Assembly: GCA_028534125.1 (NCBI GenBank)
Contig: CM052816.1
Location: forward strand, 100,132,001-100,196,000
Direction: 5' to 3'
Source: Lama glama
Taxonomy: Eukaryota
DNA length: 64,000 nt
The notes beneath the pieces are model-generated. The model worked only from the letters and a program-made list of their open reading frames with translations, did no database searches and had not been told where the DNA came from. Numbering within the stretch: position 1 is the first letter of the stretch; the number at the start of each line of letters is the position of its first letter. Of this stretch, positions 36,311 through 49,467 are shown one piece after another. Made by a program: the position numbers and the translations under genes.

Positions 36311-38089
36311 CAAGCTCAGTTAAAAGGCGAAGAGCTCGGGTGCCCCGGAAAGTGCCTAGTTAGGCAGGAGATAATAATGCAAAATCCAGGTCCCGATGTT
36401 CATGCCCACCACGCGAACTTTCTTTCTCTGGATTCCATGTTTGATCAAGGATGATAAAACAGTAATTCCAGGTTTCTAATTTTAATCCGCGTTGAGCATT
36501 TTCTGTAATTAAAGCTGCAGTCTGCCGTAGCCTCTCTCAGAAAGAAGGAATCTGCCCAAACCCGAGTCAGTTAATTGGGTGCTAAGGAGGGCTGTGCAAG
36601 GCGGAGTCCCAGCCGGAGCCCTGTGTGGACGGCCGTGCGGCGGGACCCCACGCCGGCCTCCCCTCTCCTGCCGTCGCTGGGGAGTGTCCGGGGTCTGTCC
36701 CTGGACTCCTCCCCGTCTCCTTCTGCTTTTCGCTGTGCGCGTCTCCTGTGCCCCTGAGCGGCCACGCTGGGCTTTCAGCCTCGAGCCACTTAGCAATTCA
36801 AGATGCCATCACATTAGCCCCATCACTCCTCGCTTTATTCAAATCAAGACACTACAGGATTCAGAGCCTGTCTGCGCGAAGAACAATCGGCTGCCTTTTG
36901 GACCCCAAGTGCCCCTGGAGAAATACACTGTAAGACAGAGAGACAAAGGGGAGAAGAGATACTATGAGTAACCAAAAAATAAAATATCTCTTTAAAAACC
37001 CTTTGAATTTCAAATAGGAAAGTAGAAAATGTAAAACAGCTTGTAGAAAACCGAATCTACCTTCATTGATTTTTTTATTTTAATTAATTAAAATGGCACT
37101 AGGCTGGGAATGAATAGCTCCACTCAGCTGCCCCCATAAATTCATCATGTTTGTCTGTAAAACAAGGTCACTTTTTATTAAGTGCGACTGTTTCACTGGA
37201 AACTCGAAATTGTGTACGGCAGACATAGGACTCAAAATGGCATCTCTGGGCCCCCAGGATTCAGTGAAAAGGTTGTGTAAAGAGGAGAGAATCTGAAAGC
37301 CAGAAAGATACAAGCGAAGTAGGAAGGTCTTTGGAACCACCACCCTCCTATTAATGGACGCCCTGATTTTGTCCTGTTCCGCAGCTTACTGTGGACACAC
37401 CACGATGCAGTGGGAAGGCAGAAACCTTCTAACTGTGTTTAGTGGCGTGTTATTTGGTAGGGGGCTAATGGTACAGATCAGGGGTGCAGGGGAGCGGAAG
37501 GAAGGACTGCGTTTACGAAAGTGCCAAAGGCGACTCTCCGAGAGGTAAAGAAGGAGCTAGACAAAGTAAGTGGTGCTTAATCCCCAGATGAATCGCGACC
37601 CGGCGGGTGTCCCCCCCAGGACAAAAGGCAGGAGGAACGCCCGGCTCCTGAGGCCTCAGTGCACGGGGCTCATTCTTGGCTTCCTAACGTCATCTCAGCA
37701 GACGGCCACGGCTCTTCGCCACCTGTGACATTTGGGGGCAGGATCTCCAGCAACAAGGACACCGCCTGAGTTTCAAGGCCGTCTCTTCTAAGGGGAGGAG
37801 GGAGCGGTCTGATGGGGGCTCTACTTAGCCAGGTTAAGCCAGCGGTGAATCCCGAATGGGCAGAAATCAATAACTTCCCCCGGAAGGGTGTCTGCGAGTC
37901 CTCCCTCCCAACAGGGCCATCGACAGCGCTTAACACAAAGGCAGCAAAGATCGCAAGGTCTGTTGTGGAAGAGCACCGGGTCCTGCGTGCTTCTGGGGTC
38001 GCAGGCGCTGGGGGCGCGACCACGTCAGGGCCGCAGCCTGCCCTCCTGACCACAGGTCGCCGTGCGCTGGGCCTCCGAGGGGCTTCAGT

Positions 38090-38740
38090 GCGCCTGAAAT
38101 GCATTTTGCTAAATTCCACACATAATGAGTCATCCCAAAACAATCAATTCTAAGCAAAAATACCTACGATTTGTTATTGGTGGAAGAACAGTTGGTGATG
38201 GACGATAGAGAGGAAGCAGGCGTGGCATCTACTTTTCTGATTCAGCAGCGACTTTTAGCCACGCAAATAAAGCAATGTCTTGATAGAGATTGTATACAAA
38301 TTTGATACAAGGGACCAAAGAGATAGTTTCTGTCTAATGATCCCAGTCAATCTAATTAATGTATTCTGCTACATTACGTTTTAAGAAGTGACCATTGTGT
38401 AACACACTTTGAAATATGCACAAGCTAATGGGATAAGATACAAAAATTATTATGCTGACAGTAAATCATATTACATTCCTAATAAGCATTAACTAGATAA
38501 CTAGGTCAAAGCAGTATTATCTTAATTGATTTTTCAAAAGAAACCTGACAGAAAAATGTCAATGCTCGAATATTTCTTCATGCATCATTAAAACAAGATT
38601 GGCTTTTAACAAAAGAAGAACCCTTCACAGAATTGATTCTTGCTTCAGGCTGCCTGCAAGTGAGTGTATTACATAAAAATCTATACAGGATATTAAAACA
38701 ACACCGCTCTGCAAGACAGTTACAATTAAAAGCTGACACC
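38090..38740. promoter_or_regulatory. Candidate conserved non-coding element / enhancer
   Basis: AT-rich unique island. TGACAGTAAATCA at 38456-38468 (MEIS plus minus-strand TGATTTAC), with CTAATTAAT, GATA sites and a second TGACAG. Confidence 0.4.
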
Positions 38741-40689
38741 CCCCTCCAACGTGGCGGCTGCGGTGGCTTGCCAGCCAGTGTAGGGAAGTCTTCCTCGCCA
38801 GTGGGACCAAGGCAGGGACACCGCGCCTGCCCTTGGAGGAAAAGGCGCTGGTTAAGAGAGTTTCTAATTAAATCAGGATGCCCTTCACTTACCTGCTTCG
38901 CAACTGCATAGTTATTAAGTGATCACACAGGGTTGTTGGCGAACCCTATCCCCATGGCCCCGGGTCTTTGACTGGAACCCCCAGCAGGGTTGTGGACAGG
39001 AACACGTTAGGGCAGACCTTGTTGGTCGGGGCTGCGATGGCTCCCCTCCGCCTCGTGGGGAGGGGTGCCGGGCTCTACCGGCAGCCACCAGCCTCCCAGC
39101 GCAGAGCTGGCCTCTCGGTGGAGGCGCGACCGTGCGCACAGGGGCTGAATGTCGGCGGTGGCACTAGCACTGGATGTGCTTTGCGATGACCCGCTCCTGG
39201 CTGGGACGCCGAAGCAACCTCATCCTGAGGATGTCCACCTCTTACTTAATCTCTGTGCTCCGTTTTCTCAAGCTGAAAATCAGAAGCATTGGCTCAGTTT
39301 GCTTCAAGAGGGTCCATGAAGCAAGATGTGGCAACAAACAAATGGGTTTGTTATCAACCACGGTGATGCCCCCGAGAGATGCTTATCGCATCGCAGAGCC
39401 CGGCCAGGTCTCCTGGGGGACCCTCAACCAGGAGCACCTTCTCTGAGAAGGGGTTTTGTTGCGCACAAGGAATGCTTTGCTGTAAGGACATCTTAGGCAT
39501 CTAACGGCAAGAGGTCCGCTATCCATCCACAGTGAAAACTGAGACACGTCGTGGGAAAAACTAGAGCAAAATAGATACAGTTTTGTGGTTCTTAAGGCGC
39601 CGGGCAAACCTGCTCCCTTAGCTTCCCTCCTCCCCTCCCGTGCAGTCCGGTGCCCCTCTTCTCTCTGCCTCCTCAAGGTCCCATCCCTTTTGTTCAGGTA
39701 GTTGATTTGGGGGGCAGGATTAAGTTGCATGGTGTGTGTGTGTGCGCGTGTGCACGGTTCTCCTGTGAAGAACCATGGTGCTTCGTGTTCTGGAATGAGG
39801 TCTGAACACGTGTATAAAACAGTCACTCTGGAACCGAGCGTTTGTTCAAAGAACCACCGTCTCTAGGGCACTGGCACAGCGGCGCCGATTAAGGTCTGCT
39901 GGGGACTCTGATGGGAAGGGGTCTGTGCTGTCAGTCAGGCAGAACTCAGCTGTGTGTCTGACACGGTCTGGATCATTTGCTACCTTGCAGGTCAGATTCC
40001 ACCCTGCCAGCTCTGCCGACTGATGCTCTGACCCGTGTGCGTCTTCTTCCGGATCGCACACCCCGAGGGCCCCGTTACCAGCGCCGCCTGCGCCGCCTGT
40101 CTGGGAGTGAGCCCTCCTGACCTGCTGTGTGTGCACGGCATGGAGTTTGGGTGAGGAGGACGGTGAAGGTGTCAGGCCTGGCAAGTTCCCACGTCGGCCG
40201 CTTCCCCTCACACAGGATGAGCGGCTACTGAGGTTTCTGCCAGAAGTGATTTTTATCTGCATCTGAAATCTACCCATTTAAACAACAACTTTAAAATGTC
40301 TTTACAGAAATTTTCTTCTAATGTGTCTTGTGTGATTTCTTGCTATTGACACAGAATATACACGACAGGGTTCAGTCTCTCTTCAGGGGCCCCAGGCGGT
40401 GCCCAACACCCCCTGTTTGTGGAGTGCCCCCTGAGTCCAAGACAGGGGTTGAATGGGGAGTCGGCCCCTTGGACAGAGGAAACTGAGCCTCGGCGTCCAG
40501 GGGGCCAAGTCTGCACATGAACTTTGTGACCCCCAACCTTTCGCCCCAGTGGCTTGTTCTGGGAGGTGATGTTTCTTTCCCAGCTTTGTGCCTTGCTGAG
40601 CATTAGGAATGGAACCCTGGACGCTGCCCTATCCCCAACCGTCCTGTGCTAGGACATCCTCCTCACAGCCTCTGTGGGAAGAGCATGGC

Positions 40690-40880
40690 AGTGAGAACAC
40701 CCCAGGACTCAGATGCCGACAGATCTGAGCTCAGATCTCACCTTCAACAAGCTCTTTGCCTCCCAGAGACCTGTTTTCCCATCTCTAAAACCAGGAAAGT
40801 GGGGCTTAGTGTTCAGAATTGCAGGGGAGTCAGGGATTATGTACAGAGAGTATGTACCCAATGGTGAGGCCAGTACACCG
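40690..40880 (+). mobile_element. MIR fragment
   Basis: 'acaagctctttgcctcccagagacctgttttcccatctctaaaa' resembles the MIR core. Confidence 0.55.
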
Positions 40881-41625
40881 TCTGTCTCGCTGCTTCACAA
40901 GGTGGTGCAGTGGCTGCTTTGATGGGACCTCGTCACCCAGCTCCATGGGGCAAAACCTTCCTGCTTATCTCCAGACTCCAGACTCAGCTCCACCACATGG
41001 ACCAGCCTTCACACCCTTCCTTTCCCCATCCACCCGCTGTGTTCCTCCAAGAATACAGCCCCATATACCCTCCCACTGCCCCCAAAACCCAGAGGCTTCT
41101 CCCTCATTTATAACCTGCTGAAGTCCAGGTTGGGTTCACACTTTTATCTGGGGAAGGTTGTCCCCTAACTTCCTTATTCCTAGATTGGATTTAGTATTGA
41201 TCATTTAATGTTGATCATTCTCCTTCCCATCACAGAATGAATTTGGATCTAGTACAAACATCCACTCAGCCTCAAGAGTCTGCCCGTAATAGCCAAGACC
41301 CAGGAGTTAAGCAATTGCAAGTACAGGGAAATTTTGGCTTTTATTTCCGAAGAGCGTCTAGGCGTCGTATGTAAATCTGTATTTTAAAAGCATGAAACAG
41401 ATTTGTAAAAGCTCTACCAAGTTTAAGTTTAGAAAATTTGTTGCAAACAAAAGGCAGCAAAGGAAACCAAGTGACAAAGACTAACATAAATGTAATTGGA
41501 GACTTAAGAAAAGAGAAGTGAGGCAGAAAAAATATTTGCACAGATCATGGCTGAGCATTTTTTTAAACTTATGGCAAAATGAGCCCACAGAGTCAAAATG
41601 TCTAAGGACAACAGGCAGGGTAAAT

Positions 41626-41657
<32 letters not shown>

Positions 41658-43323
41658 GCCTGGAATACTACAGGAGCACTGCCGAAAAGAACTCAAAGAG
41701 GAAAATCTTGATACAAGATCAACAATACAATTTACAGCTGACAGTTCGACAGAAATGATGGAAATAAAGAGCTGCGGAATTGTACTCCTAAGTTGCTGAA
41801 AGAAAATATCTGAAAAATCAGAATTCTGTCACCAACCAAAGTGACCTTCACAAATTAAAATAAATATATGCACAGATAAGCAAAAGTGCAGCAAATTTAC
41901 CACCAGTAGACCTACACAAAAAGCAGTTTTAAGGTTTCTTTTGGTAAAAGAAATATCATCTGAAATGGGAAAAGAGAACAGAACGGAATTTAAAACATCA
42001 AAAAGAGCACATACGCGATGAAATAGAAATTAATACTACTAATGCAATAAAACATAGTAATACTATATTACATATGTTACAATAAATGTAGACTTTTAAA
42101 GTGTAATCAGGAATTAAATAAGGGGCCATGCATGGATAAGTGAGAATTACTACACTGCAAGATAGGAGGAAATTATGCAGAAAGTACCCCAGAAAAGTAA
42201 GTAGATGGGGAGTATAAGGCAGAGATCAAGAGATTAAAAGATATAATAAAAAATCAAGACTGAGAATCTTTCCACGTCTCACCAAGGCGAGGGGAATAGT
42301 AAAAGTCCCACTGCAAAGTTACAAACGCAAACACAGAAACAAGAGATATGATAGGAACAATGTTAAGAAACACATTGGTAAACATAGAGGTAAATGTAAA
42401 GGAGTATTTACTACAAAATTAGTTACTTGTGAATTAAAAGTAATATAGAAATAACATATCGAACGAAATTCCTCTGAAGATGAAGAAATGATCAGTTAGA
42501 CATTAAAATTTTGTTTGTAAAAAAGATGATTAAGTTAATGATAAACTTAATATAAAACTATTGATCGACCTTATACACTAAGTAAACATTTTGATTTTGT
42601 ATATAAATAGTACATAAAACTTCCAAATTAACAAGAAAGGAGAAATGAGTAAATAAATCTAATTTAGTGCAGTGGAAAAAGACAAAAGGAGACCCCTAAA
42701 AAGAAGAAAAAATGCATTGTAAATGAAAATCTTAATGGAATTTGGCAGAAATTATTGCAAACATGATAGCAATTCAAATTAATGTAAAAGTAACAAATTG
42801 TCTTATTTAAGAGAGATGTTATCAGGGAGAAACAAAAGAAAATAATTCAGTATCCTGTTTAAAGATGAAAAAATGGTGAATGACGTGTACACAGAAAATA
42901 CTAACCAATAAAAGATAGTAACGCTAATGCTAACCAAGAGTAAATAATATTAATGAATAAATAATAAGGCTATATCTTCATGATAAAGGGAAAAATTCAT
43001 CAAAAAACTACAAAAGTGCATATCTCATATGCACATAATAGCAGAATGTATACACACAAAATAAATACAAGAGAAAGAATGGACAAATCCATCATCATAA
43101 TTGATAAATTTACCAAAATATTATGAAAATGAATAAAGCAAGCAAGTAAGATCAGTTATATTTTGTGAAAAATTGAATAACACAAAGTACAAAGCTTGAT
43201 CAAATAAAAGTCCGTAAGACTCTGCACCTAATGACCAGAAAATTCTCACTCACTCTTTAAGTATATTCAACTTTTGAAAATGTAATAGTGCAATGAAATT
43301 TTAAAAGGCATTTAAAAGGCCAT

Positions 43324-43462
43324 ATTTTTAATTGAAGTACAGTATAATGTGTCAATTTTTGGTATACAGCACAACATCCCAGTCATATATATACATACAT
43401 ACATTCATTTTCATATTTTTTCATTAAAGGTTGTCACAAGATATTGAATATAATTCCCTGTG
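43324..43462 (-). mobile_element. Younger L1 3'-UTR fragment nested antisense in the old L1
   Basis: 'ttttaattgaagtacagtataatgtgtcaatttttggtatacagc...caagatattgaatataattccctgtg'. Confidence 0.88.
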
Positions 43463-44124
43463 AAGAGACCAAATATTTTTATATCTTGCCATTTTCTATT
43501 GACAAAAATATACCATTAGAAAGGAACACAAAATCATAACCAACTAAAGCATTTAGAAATGAAAATCTGGTCCTAATAACTTATGTTTCAAAAAGAAATT
43601 ATAATAGAAATTAGAAAACATTTCAGACTAAGTAACAGTAAAAACAACTTTGGGGCACACCAGCATAACATTTAGAGGGGGTGTGGTTACCTTAAATTTA
43701 CATACCACGGAAGGATAGTGAACACTAATCAAATCAGAAACCTAGAAAAATAAGTTAATAGAAAAGTTCAAAGAAGGTGAATTTGAAAAATATGAGTATA
43801 AATTAAATATAAAAACATTAACAACAACAGTATGAACAAAACCAGTCTTTTCATTAAAATATTAATAAAAATATACAATCATTTAAAAAGCTGATAAAGA
43901 AAACATGCATATTTAAATAACCTTTTTTGTAAAATGAAATACAGCCAGAGATTTTTTAAATCACACAAAATAAATTTTATGCCATTTTGTAATGTTCTTA
44001 TAACCTTGACACCAAAGCCAAAAACCAAACAGTAGAAAAAGTATAATAATAGTAAAATAATATCTAACTTAATAGCTTTTTTATACATCTCATATTGATC
44101 TAGGCAATTTTTTTATAAATTCAT

Positions 44125-44232
44125 TTAGAAACCCAGAGATAAATATGCTAATCTCCATTTTATGTATGATACAACAAAAGCAGAGTATTTGAATAATTTG
44201 CTTAAGTTCTCATACCTATAAAGGTGAAGAAA
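44125..44232 (-). mobile_element. MIR fragment
   Basis: 'atctccattttatgtatga...agcagag...taatttgcttaagttctcatacct' matches the MIR core, reverse strand. Confidence 0.6.
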
Positions 44233-44442
44233 GAAAATGCATAGGCTAATCACTCTCGTAGTATATATTCTTGCATATGTTATTACAGAATATACTATGT
44301 AATAATTATAATATATTAATATTTAATATTGATATTTTATATATATATATATATCTATATATATATTCCTAAATAAAATGTCTGCAAATAGTCTATCAAG
44401 ATACATAGTAATCTTGAGGTGGAGAAGAATGTCTTAAATGGG

Positions 44443-44473
<31 letters not shown>

Positions 44474-44876
44474 AATTATAAAGGAAATGGCTAATTAATA
44501 TGACTATTATTATTTGTAACTTTTTCATGATGAAAGAAGAACGTAGTTAATATATAAGCCATAATTAATAGGACATATTTTCTGAACAAAAGTGCTAAGT
44601 GTCTCTAGAAAATATTAAAAGCTTTAGAAATTTATGACAAATGAATGTAAGGAATTCACAGGTGAACAAATCTTAAACATAAACAGATGTTCAATATCAC
44701 TAACCAGAGAAATTTAAGATAAAACAATAATAAATAATATTTTATGCACAAACTGGCTAGAGATGTAAGAGTTTACATCAGTGCTGGTAGGAGCGTATGT
44801 GACCACGCTGGAGTAAAGTAAAGAATGACCATAACATGTGAGCCAGCAAGTTTACTTCTAGCAGTACAGTCTAGAC

Positions 44877-45637
44877 TGACGGTTTTCCAACTTTTGCTGT
44901 TGTTGCGTTCCCATTAAAACAATCGTAAAACTATATGCACATGTTTATAATTTTTATGCTATGCTTACATAACCACAAAGTCATTTCTGTTGTATTATAA
45001 AATTTCTAAAAATTAGATTGTTGCACTTTAAAAAAAAGTAGATTTAATGGAATTCAAATACTATATGATACCCACCATAATCCACAACAAAATACTTGGA
45101 AAACCTCTCCAAATCTCAGAAACGTTTTATTGTTCCTTTCAATTCTTGAATTTATATTTCTATTCCACTTACCCTCAAGAAATTTATACTAGTTATTTAT
45201 ATGTTGGAATTAATCACCCCGCCATATAGTTCTGCAAAATATATAAATTCTATACATTTTAAATATTCTCTATTGTAGGGGTCTAGGTGATAAATTTACA
45301 GCATCCAATAATCTTTTGGCAAAATAAATGACAATATTCAATAAAATAGAAATGCTAACTTATCTCCAATATATGATCTTGCATTAAACTTTTATTTCCT
45401 CTTTCTTAAATTACAGAGAATTGTGGTGCTGAGACACATATCAAGATGTGGAACTGACTAAGGTGATTGGCATTGCCAAGCATGGAGAAAATAATGGGAG
45501 AAAACTCACAGAAGAAGTGATTTTTCAAAGCATTCATTTAATTAATTGTAAGTATAAACTAAATGCTGGGAGAAATGCAGGTAGCTAGATAGATAATATA
45601 TAAATAGACATGGAGACAGAGAAGGTTGAAAACCCTG
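44877..45637. mobile_element. Possible hAT-Charlie DNA transposon relic
   Basis: Starts immediately after gtctagac (Charlie-type NTCTAGAN target) with TIR-like 'acggttttccaac'. Candidate opposite TIR 'ggttgaaaaccctg' at ~45624-45637. Right TSD not evident. Confidence 0.35.
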
Positions 45638-45959
45638 CCATATATATTTTGCTGTGATTAATTAACTTCTACAATTTTTATTGACCCAGTCACCTGTGTT
45701 TTCTTGGGAAGGCCCCAGCAGCATCGTGTTCTTGACAATAATATGAGGACAGAATGGGAAAGATTATTAAATATTGATCATCATGATGATTCTCTCTCTA
45801 CTTCAAGGACATCCAACATCCTTTTTCTAATTTTATCTTTGGCATAAAATAGTGAAAAACATCAGTATTTCAAAGTGCTCCTTTGTTTCTCTAGAAGACT
45901 TTAAATTGCAGAGAAATGTACCATATGGTAAGATTGAGCATTAGAAAGAGTTATATCCT

Positions 45960-47050
45960 TATTTGTAAAATGGGGAAAGAAAGGTGGAAAAGTAGGTAAG
46001 AAATCAGAAGAAGAATAAAACAAGAACAAAGAATAGTAAGGATAAAAAGAAAATAAGCAGCAAGATGGCAGACTTAATACAGTGTATAGAAAATTGCATT
46101 AAATGTAAATGACCTAATCTCTTATTAAAAGACAGGGATTGTCAGATTCCGTAAAAGAGCAACACAGTTGACCTTTGAACAATCCCCGTTTGAACTATGT
46201 GGTCCACTTATATGTGGGTTTTTTTCAATAAATATAGTACTTACATTTTGCAGATCTTTAGATTAACTAAGTATGGGAGAAAATTTGTGTTTTATTAGAG
46301 ATCATAATCTGTGGAATCAAAAGAAATAGGGTTTGAGTCCTAACTCTATCCAAACAGTTCAGACTCCCTGCCCTGGGGGTGACTCATTCATCAGATTCTT
46401 CGTTTTGAGGCAGAGAGAGCAGTGCTCGGACTTTCAGCCGCAGGAGGGGTTGCCGCCCTTCATCACCGCCGCTGTTTGAGGATCAGCTGCACTCAAGTAT
46501 TCATTCTATGCAAGAAACCTACTGTAAATATGACATGTATAATTAAAAAGTATGGAAGATATGTATCATGTTAACGTTAAGCACAAGAGAGTAGCCTGGC
46601 TATATTAACAGCAAACAAAATAGACTTAGGTAAGTAAGTATCAACAAGAATAAAAGAGACATGTTCACAGAGATAAAAGGTCAACTAATCAAGAAGACAA
46701 AACAACCATAAACTGTATGCATCAAATAGCAGCTTTTTCCATGAAGCCCTGACAGACAGAACTGAAGGCAGATACAGACAAATCTTTAAGATGGTGCATT
46801 TCAAAAGTCATCTTTCAGTAACTAACAGAACAGGTAGATGAAAAGCAGCAGTGGCCCCGTTAACCACCTTGACATAATTGATATTTATGAGATATTCCGC
46901 CCACCAACTGCTGAATGCACATTCCTCACAAGAACATGAAGACGATACACCAGGCTGCCAAAAGTATGTCAGTAAGTGTAAAGGAGTTAAAATCATACAG
47001 GTTGTGCTCTCTGATCACAGTAAGATTAATTTAAAAACTGATAGCAGAAG
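45960..47050 (+). mobile_element. Ancient L1 ORF2 endonuclease-domain remnant
   Basis: Conceptual peptides LNVNDL, IKRQGLSDSVKEQ, MQET and LSDHSKINLKT (the last in ORF 46878..47159) match L1 EN motifs. Broken by frameshifts. Confidence 0.8.
46165..46489 (+). mobile_element. Tigger2a-like (TcMar-Tigger) non-autonomous DNA transposon inserted in the L1 EN remnant
   Basis: 5' 'cagttgacctttgaacaa...tttgaactatgtggtccacttatatgtgg' and 3' TIR 'ctgtttgaggatcagctg'. The L1 reading sequence continues across the insertion. Confidence 0.85.
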
Positions 47051-49405
47051 GACCCAGCCCTGCTCTCTGCTGTTCCCCTCCCCCCACCTCTCTCCCTCCT
47101 TCCTCAGGAGGGACACACTCACCTCTGAGCCTTGGACCAGCCCCTTAGACCCAATATAGCAGACACCAGCACCCCAGGACTCCCCATCTCCCTGTCTTTG
47201 CTCACGTGTCACCTTCTCCATTAGGCTTCCTCCGGCCCCCACTTTACAACTGAAATGTGCTCTCCTCTAACAGCCCTGCTTTGCTTCCTGGACCCCTGGA
47301 CCCTCTAAAGTACTACCCAGTTATATTCTCTATCTGACCTCTGCCTGCATCCACAGTAGAAAATGTGCCTCGTGGTTGCAGGCAGGCCAAGCGGCCGAGG
47401 CCCTGGTCATAGCGAGTGCTCTAAGTGCCTGTTGGTGCCATCTCTGGTTCAGCCAGGGGGCGGGGAGGGGAGGGAAGGACGTCTTTTCAGATTTGCCATC
47501 GTTGAGAAATGCTGTGGAACGTCCACAAAGATAAGAAGATCATGCCCAAACCCCTCCTCCCACCACATTAAGCAAATTATTTCCATAAGTGTGGGGATGT
47601 TGGCAAATAGTCTATCTCCCAGTCGTCAAGCCTGCTGTGAAATGTGCATGCACTGTGGTGATGAATCCAGAGCCACTGAGGCATCTTCCCAGGGTGCTTT
47701 CTATGACTATGGACCATGTGACCCCAATCACCATCTTCCAAGCCCGCAGCCGGGAACCAGGTACAGCTCTCGGGCAGGTGCTGTTGATACACGTTAAGAT
47801 ACATTCCACAAAAATTTTCAGTGATTTGACAAATCTAGAATATGTAGCAATGTGTATCTAAATAAAGAAATGATACACCTTCTAAATTATTTGGGTAAGT
47901 TTAAGTTTTGTAATAGAGAAAAACATTTTAAATTAATTGTTAAAATTTAAATACATTTATATGTAGGGCTTTTTTGTTCAAATCATGTAACAAATATAAT
48001 TTTTTTAAATATAATTTTATTCTATAATCTCCCTCCTCCACTTCCTAGTCTTTGTTAATTTAATCATATTTTATACTCAACCTGTGGATATGTGATTGTT
48101 TTTCAAGAATCATTGTTAGCATTTGCATTAACTGTGAAATCATAGTGGTCATAGTCACTTATGTTTAGCCATTTATTCTTTATTACAAGATTACAGCATT
48201 TACTATTACAATGTATAATATAACAATTATTATTACTATTCTGTTCTTAAGGCTGAAATTTTGTTTCTTTTTATAGTCAACTGGAATAGCTTTTTGGAAA
48301 AAATTTTCTGCAATAATTACATAAAATTTTCTAAGTCATTAAATACTTGAGAACATATATTACTTTTATATTTTAGTGATGACCCCAGTGGTTACAAAAT
48401 TTTTGAGGAAAAAATGCCCTTTCTTGTTTACTTTTGTTGAATTTTAGACTGTCTTTACCTCCCTTCCCAAGGTGGTGGATACACAGCACCCTTACCTCCT
48501 GGCACTGCCTGGGGAGATGTCAGAGACCAGCCTGGTTTGGGCTTTAATTTTAATTTTCTCTGGAATTCATAGGGTTTTTTCTCTATATTTGAAAATAAAA
48601 AAGAGGAGAAAATGATTAGAACTACATATATTACTTTTTCCTTAGACACAATTATTTTGAAGATAGATAGAAATCGTTTTTTTTTAGTCCAGGAGGGTCT
48701 TCTAGATAATTGATTGGTCGTGGGCATTATCAACACTGATACAATGTAATGTACTCTGCTTTGTTCAGTGCGACTTCTAGCAGTCGCAGTCACCGTCATC
48801 CCCGGGCCGGAGAGCCTTGCTCTGTCCTGGTCATCCACTGTTCCTCACGTCTCTGGAGCTCTGTCCTCGACATCCTGGAAGAACTTTAAGTCTATCCTTC
48901 TCGTTACTGATCCAATATTCTGCATAGAAGCTCTTCTCTTTTGCTTTGAATAGAAATTTAATTGTCTTGTTAACTCTGGGTTTCCTTCATTTTCCTCCTT
49001 CATTTAGATTCTTTCACAGACACGCGTTCACCTGGCGCCCCTCCTCCTCTGGCATCCCGCTCCCCACCAAGCGACTGTAACTTCCGCCCATTCCCTAAGG
49101 AAGTGGGAAACGGGGAGAAAGGACGCTTTCTAGCATGTTCTTCTGCCGTCTGCAGCAAACAGCTTTTAGGCGTGGTTCTTCATTCCCGTTTCTGTGAGGA
49201 CATCGGCTGCCCACTGCCGGGCACACATGTCGCCCTCTTAGTGGGTTTATTCATCTTTGAACACAGGTAGGTGGATTGAAGGCTGGTGTCTGCTCACCTG
49301 CAGGGGGCGTGCTGCACACTCAGCCCGTTCGTCCACTTGGCAGCTCCACACTTCACATCCAGTCAGAAATGCATTCCTGACGTGTCTCCTGACTGCTCGG
49401 GAGAA

Positions 49406-49406
<1 letters not shown>

Positions 49407-49450
<44 letters not shown>

Positions 49451-49467
49451 CGCGCGCGCGCATGCAC
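49407..49467. repeat. (TG)n(CG)n alternating purine-pyrimidine tract
   Basis: 61 bp of uninterrupted R/Y alternation. Confidence 0.95.

Larger units (their letters stand above)
41440..44870 (+). mobile_element. Highly decayed ancient L1 (ORF1 end, ORF2 pieces, 3' region)
   Basis: A-rich + strand. ORF1-end-like 'acagctgacagttcgacagaaatgatggaa...gctgaaagaaaa...gaattctgt'. EN-like segment at ~42730-43260. 3' motif 'ataacatgtgagccagcaag' at ~44830. Confidence 0.65.

Noticed and set aside
29000..39000. Naming the neighbouring gene or locus
   Set aside because: No exon or uniquely recognisable sequence lets me assign it. Any gene name would be a guess.
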